Source of the DNA: Myxococcota bacterium
Lineage (GTDB): Bacteria > Myxococcota_A > UBA9160 > UBA4427
DNA length: 64,000 nucleotides
Reading direction: 5' to 3'
Assembly: GCA_965250285.1 (NCBI GenBank)
Contig: OZ252299.1
Span: 3,008,001-3,072,000, forward strand
Positions 1-9,109 of this stretch are shown here, piece after piece (position 1 is the first letter of the stretch; each line of letters opens with the position of its first letter). The translations under genes were made by a program, and so were the position numbers. The notes beneath the pieces were generated by a model. The model ran no database searches and was not told where the DNA came from. It was given only the letters and a program-made list of their open reading frames with translations.

Positions 1-1
1 T

Positions 2-628
2 GAGCACGCCTGGGAAGATCACGCCGCCGACCACGAGCATGAACGCGCCGACCGCGACCTCGACTGGGAGCGCCATGCGCGCGAGCACGCGGCCGAACGC
101 GACGCCCATGCGCGGGACCACGCGCGCGAGCGCCGCCGCGATCGCGTGCGCGACGAGCGTCGCGGCCCGCACCGCAAGTGGGCCGAGGTCGTGCACGTGA
201 GCCCGGTCTACGACCGGTTCCGCGTCGTCGAGCCGCGGCAGCGTTGCCGAACCGAGACGATCACGCGTGAGCGCGGGCGGCCGCGCGTGGCGGGCACCGT
301 GTTCGGCGCGACCGCGGGCGGCGCCCTCGGCTATGGCCTCGGTCACGACCGCCGCAGCCGCCGCGCCGGCACCGTGTTCGGCGCGATCCTGGGCGGCGTG
401 CTCGGCCACGAGATCGGCGACCGCCGTGCGCGACGTCACCGCGCGGTCGAGGTGCGCGAGATTGAGCGCTGTCGCACGGTCGACGAGGTGAGCTGGGAGC
501 GCCGCGTGGTCGGCTACGACGTCGACTATCGCTACCGGGGTCGGATGTACCGTGCACGCATGGACGATCACCCCGGTCGTCGGGTGCGCGTGGACGTCGA
601 TGTAAGGCCGCGGGTGCACCGCTTCTAG
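2..628 (+). CDS. Glycine-zipper 2TM (YcfJ-like) protein, 5' truncated by the window edge
   Basis: Frame is open from nt 2 (EHAWEDHAADHEHE...) to TAG at 628; two glycine-zipper segments GTVFGATAGGALG / GTVFGAILGGVLGHEIG; C-terminal VVGYDVDYRYRG..Y..RM..HPG motif. Confidence 0.8.
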   Translation, partial: EHAWEDHAADHEHERADRDLDWERHAREHAAERDAHARDHARERRRDRVRDERRGPHRKWAEVVHVSPVYDRFRVVEPRQRCRTETITRERGRPRVAGTVFGATAGGALGYGLGHDRRSRRAGTVFGAILGGVLGHEIGDRRARRHRAVEVREIERCRTVDEVSWERRVVGYDVDYRYRGRMYRARMDDHPGRRVRVDVDVRPRVHRF

Positions 629-760
629 CCGCGCACGTCGGGTAGCATGGAGGCGTCTTCGCCGAGCTCGGCGGGGGCGCCTTCTTCGCACGGCGGCGCG
701 GCCGGCGACGCCCCGAGTGCCGAGCCGACGATGCGACCCAGACGAGCGAGGAGCGCGGCG

Positions 761-1114
761 ATGGTGAAACGTGGGAGCGCAGCGCACCGCGAGGGCCGGG
801 CCAGCGGGCGACGCTGCGTCGTGATCGCGTCGGTCGCGCTGCTGTTCGCCGCTTCGCTCGGGCCGCTCGCGGCGCGTGCAGACGGCGGCGCCGAGGCGGC
901 GGCGCGAGAGGCCGCCGCCCGGTACGACGCCCGCGTCCTCGATGTGAAGACCGAGGCCGACCAGTACCGCGTGAAGCTGCTGTTGCCCTCGGGCAAGGTG
1001 AAGATCGTACGCGTGCCCCGCGACGACGGCGCCCGCGATCGCGGGGGGGATCGCGGGCAGACCAACGGGCAGCGCGCCGGACGCCGCTCGGATGCGTTCG
1101 GCAGGAGCCGCTAG
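761..1114 (+). CDS. Small secreted PepSY-like protein
   Basis: Hydrophobic signal-like segment ending ARA, then AAREAAARYDARVLDVK...YRVKLLLPSGKVKIVRV; directly upstream of a response regulator; start uncertain (647/731/761). Confidence 0.65.
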   Translation: MVKRGSAAHREGRASGRRCVVIASVALLFAASLGPLAARADGGAEAAAREAAARYDARVLDVKTEADQYRVKLLLPSGKVKIVRVPRDDGARDRGGDRGQTNGQRAGRRSDAFGRSR

Positions 1115-1115
1115 C

Positions 1116-1799
1116 GTGCGCCTGCTGATCGTCGAGGATCAGCGACGACTCCGCGACCAGCTCACGAACGAGCTCAAGCGGAGCGGCTACGCCGTCGACT
1201 TCGCAGAGAACGGCGAGCGTGCGCTCGCGTGCTTTCGCGACCATCCGTACGACCTCGCGATCGTCGACCTCGGCCTGCCGAAGGTCGACGGCCTCACCGT
1301 GATCGAGCAGGTGCGCGGCGATGGCCTCGACATGCCGATCCTGATCCTCACAGCGCGCAGCGACTGGGAAGAGAAGGTGCGCGGCCTCGAAGCGGGGGCC
1401 GACGACTACCTCGTCAAACCCTTCCACATGGAGGAGCTCAAGGCGCGGCTGCAGGCGCTGCTGCGACGCGCCGGGGGGCGTGCCCACTCGCGCCTGAGCT
1501 TCGGCCCGATCGAGGTCGATACCAGCTCGAAGACCGTGTCGGTCGGGGGCGAAGCGGTCGAGCTGACGAGCTACGAGTACAACGCGCTCGAGGTGATGCT
1601 GCAGCGGCCCGGTGCTGTGATCTCGAAGACCGAGTTCGTCGAGCACCTGTACCACCAGGATTTCGATCGCGACAGCAACGTGATCGAGGTCTTCATCGGC
1701 CGACTTCGCAAGAAGCTCGACCCCGACGGCACGCTCCAGCCGATCGCGACGATCCGCGGCCAGGGCTACCGCTTCGAGCTCGAAGAGGCCGAGGGGTGA
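1116..1799 (+). CDS. OmpR/PhoB-family response regulator (PhoP-like)
   Basis: LLIVED, IVDLGLP phospho-acceptor, LTAR, GADDYLVKPF, winged helix SNVIEVFIGRLRKKL..TIRGQGY; GTG at 1116 after AGGAG. Confidence 0.95.
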   Translation: MRLLIVEDQRRLRDQLTNELKRSGYAVDFAENGERALACFRDHPYDLAIVDLGLPKVDGLTVIEQVRGDGLDMPILILTARSDWEEKVRGLEAGADDYLVKPFHMEELKARLQALLRRAGGRAHSRLSFGPIEVDTSSKTVSVGGEAVELTSYEYNALEVMLQRPGAVISKTEFVEHLYHQDFDRDSNVIEVFIGRLRKKLDPDGTLQPIATIRGQGYRFELEEAEG

Positions 1800-3154
1800 G
1801 GCTGCGTTCGATCAGCGCGCGCCTGGCCTTTGCGGCGGCTTGCGCCCTGCCGGTCTTTCTCGGGCTGACCGGCTTCGCGATCGAGCGCGCGTTCGGCCAG
1901 GCCCTGCGCGAAGCCGAGCGCGACAAGCTGGCCGTGCACGGCTACCTCGTCCTCGGCGCCACCGAGCTCGAGGAACAGACCCTGCGCCTGCCCTCGACGC
2001 TCGCCGAGCCGCGCTTCGGGCAGCTCGGCTCAGGCCTCTACGCCCGGCTGCGCGACGAGGCCGGACGAGACCACTGGGTCTCTCCTTCGGCCGCGCTCCT
2101 CGACCTGCCCGCCGACGTCCCCGACGTCGCGCTGGGCGAGTGCGTGCTCGTCGAAGTCGACATCGATGCCACACCGACCTTCCAGTCGCAGTGCGCGCTC
2201 GAGTGGGAAGACGTCGCCGGCAACGCCCTGCCGTTTCGGCTGACCATCTGGCACGACCAGTCGGCGTACCTCGCCCAGGTCGCCACGTTTCGGTCGAGTC
2301 TCGTGCGATTCATGGTGGGCGTCGGCATCGTTCTGCTGATCGGACAGCTGGCGGTGCTTCGATTCGGCCTGCGCCCCCTCGGCCGCCTCGTCGGCGACCT
2401 CGACGCCATCGAGGCGGGCGAGCAGACGCGACTGACCGGCACGTATCCGAGCGAGGTCGAGGGCGTGACGACGAGCCTCAACCAGCTGCTCGCCGCCGAA
2501 GAGAGTCGTCGGCGCCGCTACCGCGACACCCTGGCCGACCTGGCGCACAGCTTGAAGACCCCGCTCGCGGTCTTGCGGGCCGCGCTCGACACACGGACGC
2601 CCGACGACGCGCTGCGGGCCGAGTGCGACGAGCAGGTCGAGCGCATGGACGAGATCGTGCAGCACCAGCTCGCGCGGGCGAGCGCGACGAGCGGCCCCAT
2701 CCTCGGCAAGCGCTGCGCCGTCGCGCCCGTGGCCGAGCGCCTCGCCGCGGCCATCGGCAAGATCCACACGGACCGTGGCGTGCGCATCGAGGTCGACGCC
2801 GCGCCCGACCTGTCGGTGCGCGCCGACGAGCCCGAGCTGATGGAGGTGCTCGGCAATCTCGTCGACAACGCGTGCAAGCACGGCGGCGGGCACGTCGACG
2901 TGCGTGCGCGCCGCGAGGGCGACCAGGTGACGATCGAGGTGACCGACGAGGGACCGGGTATCCCGCGCGCGCTCCGCGCACCGATCCTCGAGCGGGGCAC
3001 CCGCGCCGACGTATCGAGTCCGGGCCAGGGGATCGGGCTCTCGGTGGCGGCCGACATCGCGCGCGGTCTCGGCGGCCGTCTCGAGGTCGCGGACGGCGCG
3101 GGGCCGGCAGAACGGCCCGGCGCGCGGCTCGTGCTGAGACTGCCCGCTGGCTAG
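1796..3154 (+). CDS. Sensor histidine kinase (PhoQ-like)
   Basis: Two TM segments, HAMP-like linker, H-box LAHSLKTPL, N-box LGNLVDNACK, G1 DEGPGI, G2 GQGIGL; GTGA overlap with the regulator stop. Confidence 0.93.
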   Translation: MRLRSISARLAFAAACALPVFLGLTGFAIERAFGQALREAERDKLAVHGYLVLGATELEEQTLRLPSTLAEPRFGQLGSGLYARLRDEAGRDHWVSPSAALLDLPADVPDVALGECVLVEVDIDATPTFQSQCALEWEDVAGNALPFRLTIWHDQSAYLAQVATFRSSLVRFMVGVGIVLLIGQLAVLRFGLRPLGRLVGDLDAIEAGEQTRLTGTYPSEVEGVTTSLNQLLAAEESRRRRYRDTLADLAHSLKTPLAVLRAALDTRTPDDALRAECDEQVERMDEIVQHQLARASATSGPILGKRCAVAPVAERLAAAIGKIHTDRGVRIEVDAAPDLSVRADEPELMEVLGNLVDNACKHGGGHVDVRARREGDQVTIEVTDEGPGIPRALRAPILERGTRADVSSPGQGIGLSVAADIARGLGGRLEVADGAGPAERPGARLVLRLPAG

Positions 3155-3182
3155 GGAAGCGCTGCACGGTCCGCGGTGCCAC

Positions 3183-3300
3183 GGCCGGGGCAGGCGGGGG
3201 CACCGTGCTCAGACATCCTCGGCGCGACCTGACTGGGAAGCTCGTATGCTGCGCACGTCGCGCCTGCGAACTGCGCGCGGTGCCCCCGCCTGCCCCGGCC
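3183..3300. repeat. 30-bp inverted repeat with a nested inner inverted repeat (MITE/REP-like or structured RNA)
   Basis: 3183-3212 GGCCGGGGCAGGCGGGGGCACCGTGCTCAG versus 3271-3300 (2 mismatches); inner GGCGCGAC 3221-3228 / GTCGCGCC 3257-3264. Confidence 0.8.
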
Positions 3301-3450
3301 TCGGGACGCTTCGGTACTGCGCGTGGCACGCGCTTGCGGTGGTATCGGTTAGAGTGGCATCGCGTCATCGAGTGCACGACCTGGAGCCGCTCTGGTGTGC
3401 GTGGGGCGAGATCGGCAGAGCCTCGCCAGCAGACGAAGGCCGGCGTGCAC

Positions 3451-4257
3451 TCAGCCGAGCATCGGCCAGCAGGTGCGGGGCGCTTGCGTGAAGCACTGCT
3501 CGCGTTCGCTCGACGTGAGCGTCGCGAAGCTCTCGCGGGCGAGCTGAACCAGCTCGGCGTACGACCGGTCGTGCGTCTGGCTGAAGTCCGAGCCCCACAT
3601 CACCCGCGCCGCGCCGAAGCGCGAGACCAGCCGCGACACGAACGCCGAAGCCGCATCGCCGGCCGACTCGAGCACCACCGACGAGACCTTGCAGAAGAGG
3701 TTCGGCTCGTCGGCCAACGCGAAGAGCGGCTCGGGGTCGGCGAAGTTCGGAAACGCGCAGTGGTCGAGCGACATTCGGATCTCGGGAAACCTGCGCAGCA
3801 CGTCGCGCAGCTCTGCGAGTTGATGCCCGAAGATCGTCACGATGACGTGCGCGCCGAGGTGCGCCGCTTCTTCGAAGAGCGGCGCCGTCGTCGGCGCCAC
3901 CAGCCATGAGGGTCCGTCGCGCGTCAGCGCGAAGAGCCGGACCCCATGCATCCCGCGTTCGGTGATCCAGTAGCGCAGCGTCTCGGCGGCCCGCGGCGCT
4001 TCGGCGTCGATGCAACACGCGCTCGCAAAGCGCCCGGGCTCGGCCGCCGCAGCGTCGGCCGCGTAGTCGTTGTCGTACGAGTAGGCGCCCACCGCCTGCA
4101 CGAGGACCGCGCGCTCGACCCCGGCAGCGCCCATGTACACGGCCAACTCTTCGGCCGTGTGGGGTGCTTCGAGGTACCAGGGCCCCGACATCGGCCTCGG
4201 GTTCAGCGGGTAGCGATCGTGGTCGGCGCCAACGACGTGTGTGTGGGTGTCGATCAC
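3451..4257 (-). CDS. Amidohydrolase family protein (Amidohydro_2)
   Basis: IDTHTH metal motif, GVRL, LDHC, RVMWGSDF. Confidence 0.9.
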   Translation of the reverse strand: MIDTHTHVVGADHDRYPLNPRPMSGPWYLEAPHTAEELAVYMGAAGVERAVLVQAVGAYSYDNDYAADAAAAEPGRFASACCIDAEAPRAAETLRYWITERGMHGVRLFALTRDGPSWLVAPTTAPLFEEAAHLGAHVIVTIFGHQLAELRDVLRRFPEIRMSLDHCAFPNFADPEPLFALADEPNLFCKVSSVVLESAGDAASAFVSRLVSRFGAARVMWGSDFSQTHDRSYAELVQLARESFATLTSSEREQCFTQAPRTCWPMLG

Positions 4258-4267
4258 GGAGGCCTCG

Positions 4268-4663
4268 CTAGTCGGTCGACATTGAGGCCTCGCCTCGGCG
4301 AATCGTGAGGAACTCCATGCCTTCGGGGCCGCAGGTGAAGCCGTATCGAAAGCCGGCCTCGATCACGATCGCGTCATTCGGGCCGAGCCGCCCCACCCCG
4401 TCATCGAACTCGCAGCCGCCCTTCATCACCACCATCAGCTCGTCGTGATCGTGGTGATGCGGAGGCACGCGAAAGCCGGCGGTCAGCACCGACCGGTTGA
4501 GAAAGAAGCCGCCTTCTCCGGTAGCGAGTCGCTTTCGGCGCGCACCCGTCTTCTTCGCCTGGTCGACCAGCGATCGGGGCGGCTCGGTTCCGGGGCGGGC
4601 GGTCCGAAGCACGTCGTCCCACTCGATCTGCTCGTAGATGAACAGCGTCGGATCGCCCGGCAT
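4268..4663 (-). CDS. Cupin domain protein
   Basis: MPGDPTLFIYEQ...; PPHHHDHDELMVVMKG cupin motif; ATG overlaps the upstream stop (TGATG). Confidence 0.8.
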   Translation of the reverse strand: MPGDPTLFIYEQIEWDDVLRTARPGTEPPRSLVDQAKKTGARRKRLATGEGGFFLNRSVLTAGFRVPPHHHDHDELMVVMKGGCEFDDGVGRLGPNDAIVIEAGFRYGFTCGPEGMEFLTIRRGEASMSTD

Positions 4664-5175
4664 CACGCCCTCCCCCGCGCGAGCGCCGCTTCGGCGTCGC
4701 GAGCCAGCTTCTCGACCTCGACGAGCCCGGCCTCGATCTCCGTCGCGTCGAGGCGCGGGACCAGCGCGGCGCCCCCGGCGTGCTCGAGCATCGGCGCGAG
4801 GCGCTCGCGTATCTGGGCGAGCGCCCAGGGCAGCATGGGGCCGTGGGCAATTCGATCGAAGTCGATGATGCGCTGCCGTTCGCCTCCGCGATCGATGTAG
4901 TGATAGTGCGGCTCGTGCTCGAAGAGATCGAAGCGCAGGTACTCGTGACCGTCTTCGACGCCCTCGACGTGCAGCGATACGCCGTTGTCCTGCACAGCAT
5001 CGCCCCCGAGCGCAGCCTGCACCTCCTCCATGGCCTCCCCCTCGTAGTTGGCCTCGAGCTCGGCCTCGTCGAGCAGGCGGTATTCGACGCCGATGCGAAT
5101 CACGCCCGCATCGACGTAGGTCGTGTGCTCGGGATCCGGCGGAATCGGCGGCACGGTGTAGACAGTCCCGGTCAT
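4663..5175 (-). CDS. Conserved hypothetical protein
   Basis: MTGTVYTVPPIPP...GVSLHV...EYLRFDLFEHEPHYHY; GGAGG RBS; coupled to both neighbours. Confidence 0.75.
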   Translation of the reverse strand: MTGTVYTVPPIPPDPEHTTYVDAGVIRIGVEYRLLDEAELEANYEGEAMEEVQAALGGDAVQDNGVSLHVEGVEDGHEYLRFDLFEHEPHYHYIDRGGERQRIIDFDRIAHGPMLPWALAQIRERLAPMLEHAGGAALVPRLDATEIEAGLVEVEKLARDAEAALARGRA

Positions 5176-6041
5176 GCGGTTTCCTCCTCGTCGAGCCGTG
5201 CGAAGATGCGGCGCGCGGTCCCCGAGAGCAGCGCATCGCGCGCGGCGGCGGGCAGCTCGATTTCGTCGAGCCTCGCAAGCGCGTGCCGATGGCCGACCAC
5301 GGGGAAGCTCGTCCCGAGCATCACCCGGCCCTGCCCTTCGCCCTCGATGAATCGCACCAAGTCGTCCGTCCAACGATGTGGTGGCCACGCGCCCGTGCCG
5401 AGCACGACGTTGCCGTGCCGTCGCGTCATCTCGATCGTCTCCTCGACCCAGGGCCAGCCCGTGTGCGAGAGGACGAATGGAACGCTTTCGTACGCCTTCG
5501 CGGGCGCTTCGATGCCATTCGGATGCCCGGGCTCGCTCGGCTCGCGTCCGCCCGAGGCGCCTGCCTGCATCACGACGGGCACGCCGCGATCGGCGGCCAG
5601 CGTGTAGAACGGCGCGTAGTCGGGATGGTCGAAGCGGCGACTCCAGCTGTGGGTGTGGATGTGGAGGCCGACGAACGCCGGCTCGGCCAGCGCCTCGGCT
5701 GCCTGGCGCAACCCGGCGTCGCCGCTCGTCGGATCGAGCGTGAAGAGCCCGGCGAAACGACCGGGGTAGCGCTGCGCCCACGCGACGATGTCGGCCGGAC
5801 GCGTCGTGAACAGCGCGTAGTCGGTGGGGTGCTCGACCGAAGGGGCGTCACACGATGGCAGTACCAGCGTGCGAATGCCCAGCTCGTCCATGCGCGCGAC
5901 CATGGTCTCGACGGTGGCGAACGAGTCGTCGTCGCCGCGTCGGATCTTGATCGACGCGTCCTGGGCAGCGATCGCGTCATCCCACCGGGCGAGGCGGTCT
6001 GGCGTGAAGGCATTGCACCAGTAGTCGATCCAGCCGCTCAC
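5172..6041 (-). CDS. Amidohydrolase-fold protein with atypical metal motifs
   Basis: RMDELGI, YPGRFAG, LSHTGWPW, RVMLGTSFP, LLSGTARRIF; GTG at 6041 overlaps the upstream stop. Confidence 0.82.
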   Translation of the reverse strand: MSGWIDYWCNAFTPDRLARWDDAIAAQDASIKIRRGDDDSFATVETMVARMDELGIRTLVLPSCDAPSVEHPTDYALFTTRPADIVAWAQRYPGRFAGLFTLDPTSGDAGLRQAAEALAEPAFVGLHIHTHSWSRRFDHPDYAPFYTLAADRGVPVVMQAGASGGREPSEPGHPNGIEAPAKAYESVPFVLSHTGWPWVEETIEMTRRHGNVVLGTGAWPPHRWTDDLVRFIEGEGQGRVMLGTSFPVVGHRHALARLDEIELPAAARDALLSGTARRIFARLDEEETA

Positions 6042-7420
6042 GATCGCTCGTCCCGAAATCGCTTGGGCTTCGGCGACGTGTGCAGCTCGGTCCACGCATC
6101 GAGCGCGCCCGGCTTCGCGACCTCGACCGAGATCCGAACGCCCAAGCGCTCCTTGAGTCGGGCCTCCGTGCTCTTCGCGATCTCGGGCCAGCTCGACTCG
6201 GCGCTGCGGGTGACGACGTGCACCGTCATTTCGTCGCGGTGGCCGCTGCGCGTCGCGCGCACGAAGTAGTCGGGCTCGAGGCGCGGATCGTCGAGGGCGA
6301 CCGCCCCCACGGCTTCGGGCCAGACGTTGACCCCGCGCAACTTCACCATGTTGTCGCCGCGCCCCGCAAAGGGGCCCATGCGACGCAGCCAGCTGCCACA
6401 CGCGCACTGCTCGCGCGGGTAGAGCACCGAGAGATCCTGGATGTCGTAGCGGAACTGCGGGCTCCCGGTCTTGTAGATCTCGGTGATGCAGATCGAGCCG
6501 GGCTCGCCATCGGGCAGCGGCTCGCCCGTCTCGGGGTCGACGACCTGCACGACGAACGCGTCTTCGAAGATGTGGAGCCCCTGGCGCTCGGGGCACTCCA
6601 CCGACACCCACTGCACCTCGTGAAAGCCGTAGGATTGATAGTTCGGGGCGCCCCAGGTCGCCTCGAGCTTCTCGCGGTCACCGATATTCGGCAGGGCGCG
6701 AATGTTGAAGTCGCTCTTCGGGTCGAGCCCCATCTCGCGAGCGACGTCAGCGAGGTGCAGCAGGTAGTCGCCCGTCGTCAGGATCGCCGTCGCCTGGTAC
6801 TGATGGGCCAGCTCGACCTGTCGCCGGCTGCTGGTGACCGTGCCGGTGCCGGTCGTCAGTACGACGCAGTTGAGCCACTTGTGGAGCGCTTCGTCGAACG
6901 CGAACGCGCCGTTGTGCGTCGAGTACGCCCAGGCGTTCATGACGACGTCGCCCGGGCGTACGCCCTGCAGATAGAGCGCGCGGGCCATGAGAATCGCGCC
7001 GGCCTCTCGATCCCACTGCGTATAGAGAGTCGGCCGCGGTGCACCGGTCGTGGCCCCGGACATGAAGATGCGGACCGGCTCTTCGAGCACGCCGTCGAGC
7101 GAAGCGCCCTGATAGTCGCCGAGCGGCGGATGCGCCTCGATGCTCTTCCGGATGTCATCGACGCGGTAGGACGGAAACCGCGACAGATCATCGAGTGACC
7201 TGAGATCATTCGGCTCGACACCCGCCGCATCGAAGCGTCGGCGAAAGAAGGGCACTTCGTACGCCCGCTTTGCCCGGTTCTGCAGGCGTTCGAGCTGCCG
7301 CCGCTCGATCTCGTCGGGCTCGGCGAGCCAATCGCCTTCGAAGTACTCGGGCGGCGGCGCATGCGCCCGCGCGAGCGCCTCGTAGTCAACGACCTCGAAA
7401 GGCCTGCGAAAAGTGCTCAC
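6038..7420 (-). CDS. Phenylacetate-CoA ligase (PaaK)-family AMP-forming ligase
   Basis: MSGATTGAP P-loop, YGFHE, RYDIQD, CACG, GRGDNMVKLRGVNVWP. Confidence 0.9.
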   Translation of the reverse strand: MSTFRRPFEVVDYEALARAHAPPPEYFEGDWLAEPDEIERRQLERLQNRAKRAYEVPFFRRRFDAAGVEPNDLRSLDDLSRFPSYRVDDIRKSIEAHPPLGDYQGASLDGVLEEPVRIFMSGATTGAPRPTLYTQWDREAGAILMARALYLQGVRPGDVVMNAWAYSTHNGAFAFDEALHKWLNCVVLTTGTGTVTSSRRQVELAHQYQATAILTTGDYLLHLADVAREMGLDPKSDFNIRALPNIGDREKLEATWGAPNYQSYGFHEVQWVSVECPERQGLHIFEDAFVVQVVDPETGEPLPDGEPGSICITEIYKTGSPQFRYDIQDLSVLYPREQCACGSWLRRMGPFAGRGDNMVKLRGVNVWPEAVGAVALDDPRLEPDYFVRATRSGHRDEMTVHVVTRSAESSWPEIAKSTEARLKERLGVRISVEVAKPGALDAWTELHTSPKPKRFRDERS

Positions 7421-8586
7421 GACGGCCCCGTGGCCTCTTCGAACGCCTTCGGCATCAGCTCGTCGGGAAAGCGGTAGAAGTCGACCGCGTTGTCCCAGAG
7501 GATCTTCCGCTTGCTCTCCTCCGAGAGCCGCTCCTGCTCGAGAAAGGTCTCGACCGCGTGCGGGTACTTCGAGTCGGGGTGCGGATAGTCGGTCTCGAAC
7601 AGAATGTGGGTGTCCCCCAGCTCCTCGATCGTGTGGTAGACGAGGTGCTCATCGGGCTCGGTCGTCACCCAGATGTTCTTCTTGAAGTAGTCGATCGGCT
7701 CCTTCGTACACTCTGGCGTCTCGAGCCAGCCCGCCAGCTCGACGTGCTCTTCGATGCGGTGCAGCCACTGCGGCACCCACGCCGAACCCGCCTCCATGTA
7801 GCCGACGCGCAGACGCGGGTACCGCTCGAACACGCCATTCACGATCATCGCGAGCATGGCCATCTGCGCCTCCATCGGGTGCACGCAGGTGTGCCACTCG
7901 ACGAAGCTCTCGAAGCGGTCGTTCCCCGCCGACGGCCCGGCCAACCCCATGAACTCGTGCGTCGCGAACGCGACGTCGAGATCCTGCAAGAGCTCCCAGA
8001 GCGGATCGAAGTACGCATCACCGAGCGTGCGGTGATTGAACGGGTTCGGTCGAGCCCAGAAGCATCGCGTGCCGAGGTGCTCGTACGCGTACTGCACCTC
8101 TTCGAGCGCGCGCGTGATGTCGCCGAGCGGGACCGGCCCGGCAGCGAGGACCGTGCCCCCCGACGTCTCGCGCATCTCTTCGGCCCAGCGGTTGTAGGCG
8201 CGAGCCATCCCGGCCTGCAGGTCGGGATCGATGCCGTCGACCCACATGTCGTAGCCGGGGCCGTAGAGCACCATGATATCGACGCCCTCGACCCGCCCCG
8301 ACTCGGCCACACTCGCACCATCGAAGCCCTTGTCGACCACCGGGCCGTACTTGGCGCGCATCGCCTCGGTGGTCCACTTCACGGCCTCCTGCTGCCGGCC
8401 GTAGAGCGTCTTGTGGCTCTGGGTGTAGCGGCCGTCGACGGTGGCGGGACGAAACCGGTCCATCCCCTCGAAGGGCTGCCGCCACGAGACGCGCGCCTGG
8501 TAGCGCTGGTCGAGGAATCGCTCCCAGAGGTTCTTGGGCTCGACGACGTGCGCGTCGGCGTCGAAGATTTTGAATCCGTTTCGCAT
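7417..8586 (-). CDS. Amidohydrolase family protein (Amidohydro_2)
   Basis: FDADAHV, RAYNRW, GVFERYPRLR..MEAG..W, FETDYPHPD. Confidence 0.92.
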   Translation of the reverse strand: MRNGFKIFDADAHVVEPKNLWERFLDQRYQARVSWRQPFEGMDRFRPATVDGRYTQSHKTLYGRQQEAVKWTTEAMRAKYGPVVDKGFDGASVAESGRVEGVDIMVLYGPGYDMWVDGIDPDLQAGMARAYNRWAEEMRETSGGTVLAAGPVPLGDITRALEEVQYAYEHLGTRCFWARPNPFNHRTLGDAYFDPLWELLQDLDVAFATHEFMGLAGPSAGNDRFESFVEWHTCVHPMEAQMAMLAMIVNGVFERYPRLRVGYMEAGSAWVPQWLHRIEEHVELAGWLETPECTKEPIDYFKKNIWVTTEPDEHLVYHTIEELGDTHILFETDYPHPDSKYPHAVETFLEQERLSEESKRKILWDNAVDFYRFPDELMPKAFEEATGPS

Positions 8587-8625
8587 AGCTTGTGACTCCG
8601 TCTTGCGGGCCGTGACCCGGCTCGT

Positions 8626-9102
8626 TCAGTTGGTTCGAGTGTCTTCGAGCCACTCGGGGAGATCGATTGGTGGATTGGGCAGCTTCTTCGCGCCCTTCTC
8701 GGCCAGCAGCTTCTCGAAGCCCTCGGGATCGGCCGGCCACGATCGGGGGTCGCCCATCATGACCTCGAAGAGCTCGACGCCGTCGGGCCCTGCGATGAAC
8801 GGGCCGAACGCCGCGCCGTGCTCGAGCGTGATGTGCATGCCCTTGGTGCAGCGCACGTCGCCGCACATCATCTCCCCTTCGAGGACGAAGAGAATGTGAT
8901 CGCTATTGTGCCCATGCTTGTGCACCATCATGCCGGGGTCCCACTTCGCATACAGACACAGCATGTCGGGCGTGAACTCGAGCCACTTCTCGAAGATCGA
9001 GACGCGCCGGTCGCCGTGCTGCTGGGCGCGCACCTCGTGCCACTTCTCGTCGTCCGCGTGTCGAAATCGAACCTGCGGTGTCTTGTCGTCGGATTCGGCC
9101 AT
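8626..9102 (-). CDS. Cupin-like protein
   Basis: HKHGHNSDHILFVLEGE motif; GAGGAG RBS. Confidence 0.8.
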   Translation of the reverse strand: MAESDDKTPQVRFRHADDEKWHEVRAQQHGDRRVSIFEKWLEFTPDMLCLYAKWDPGMMVHKHGHNSDHILFVLEGEMMCGDVRCTKGMHITLEHGAAFGPFIAGPDGVELFEVMMGDPRSWPADPEGFEKLLAEKGAKKLPNPPIDLPEWLEDTRTN

Positions 9103-9109
9103 GGGCTCC

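Noticed and set aside
2..145. Tandem DNA repeat or CRISPR-like array
   Set aside because: The repetition is imperfect and codon-level, with no constant repeat-spacer period and no cas genes
3323..3337. Sigma54 promoter TGGCACGCGCTTGC
   Set aside because: GG-to-GC spacing is 9 nt rather than 10, and it lies between convergent gene ends
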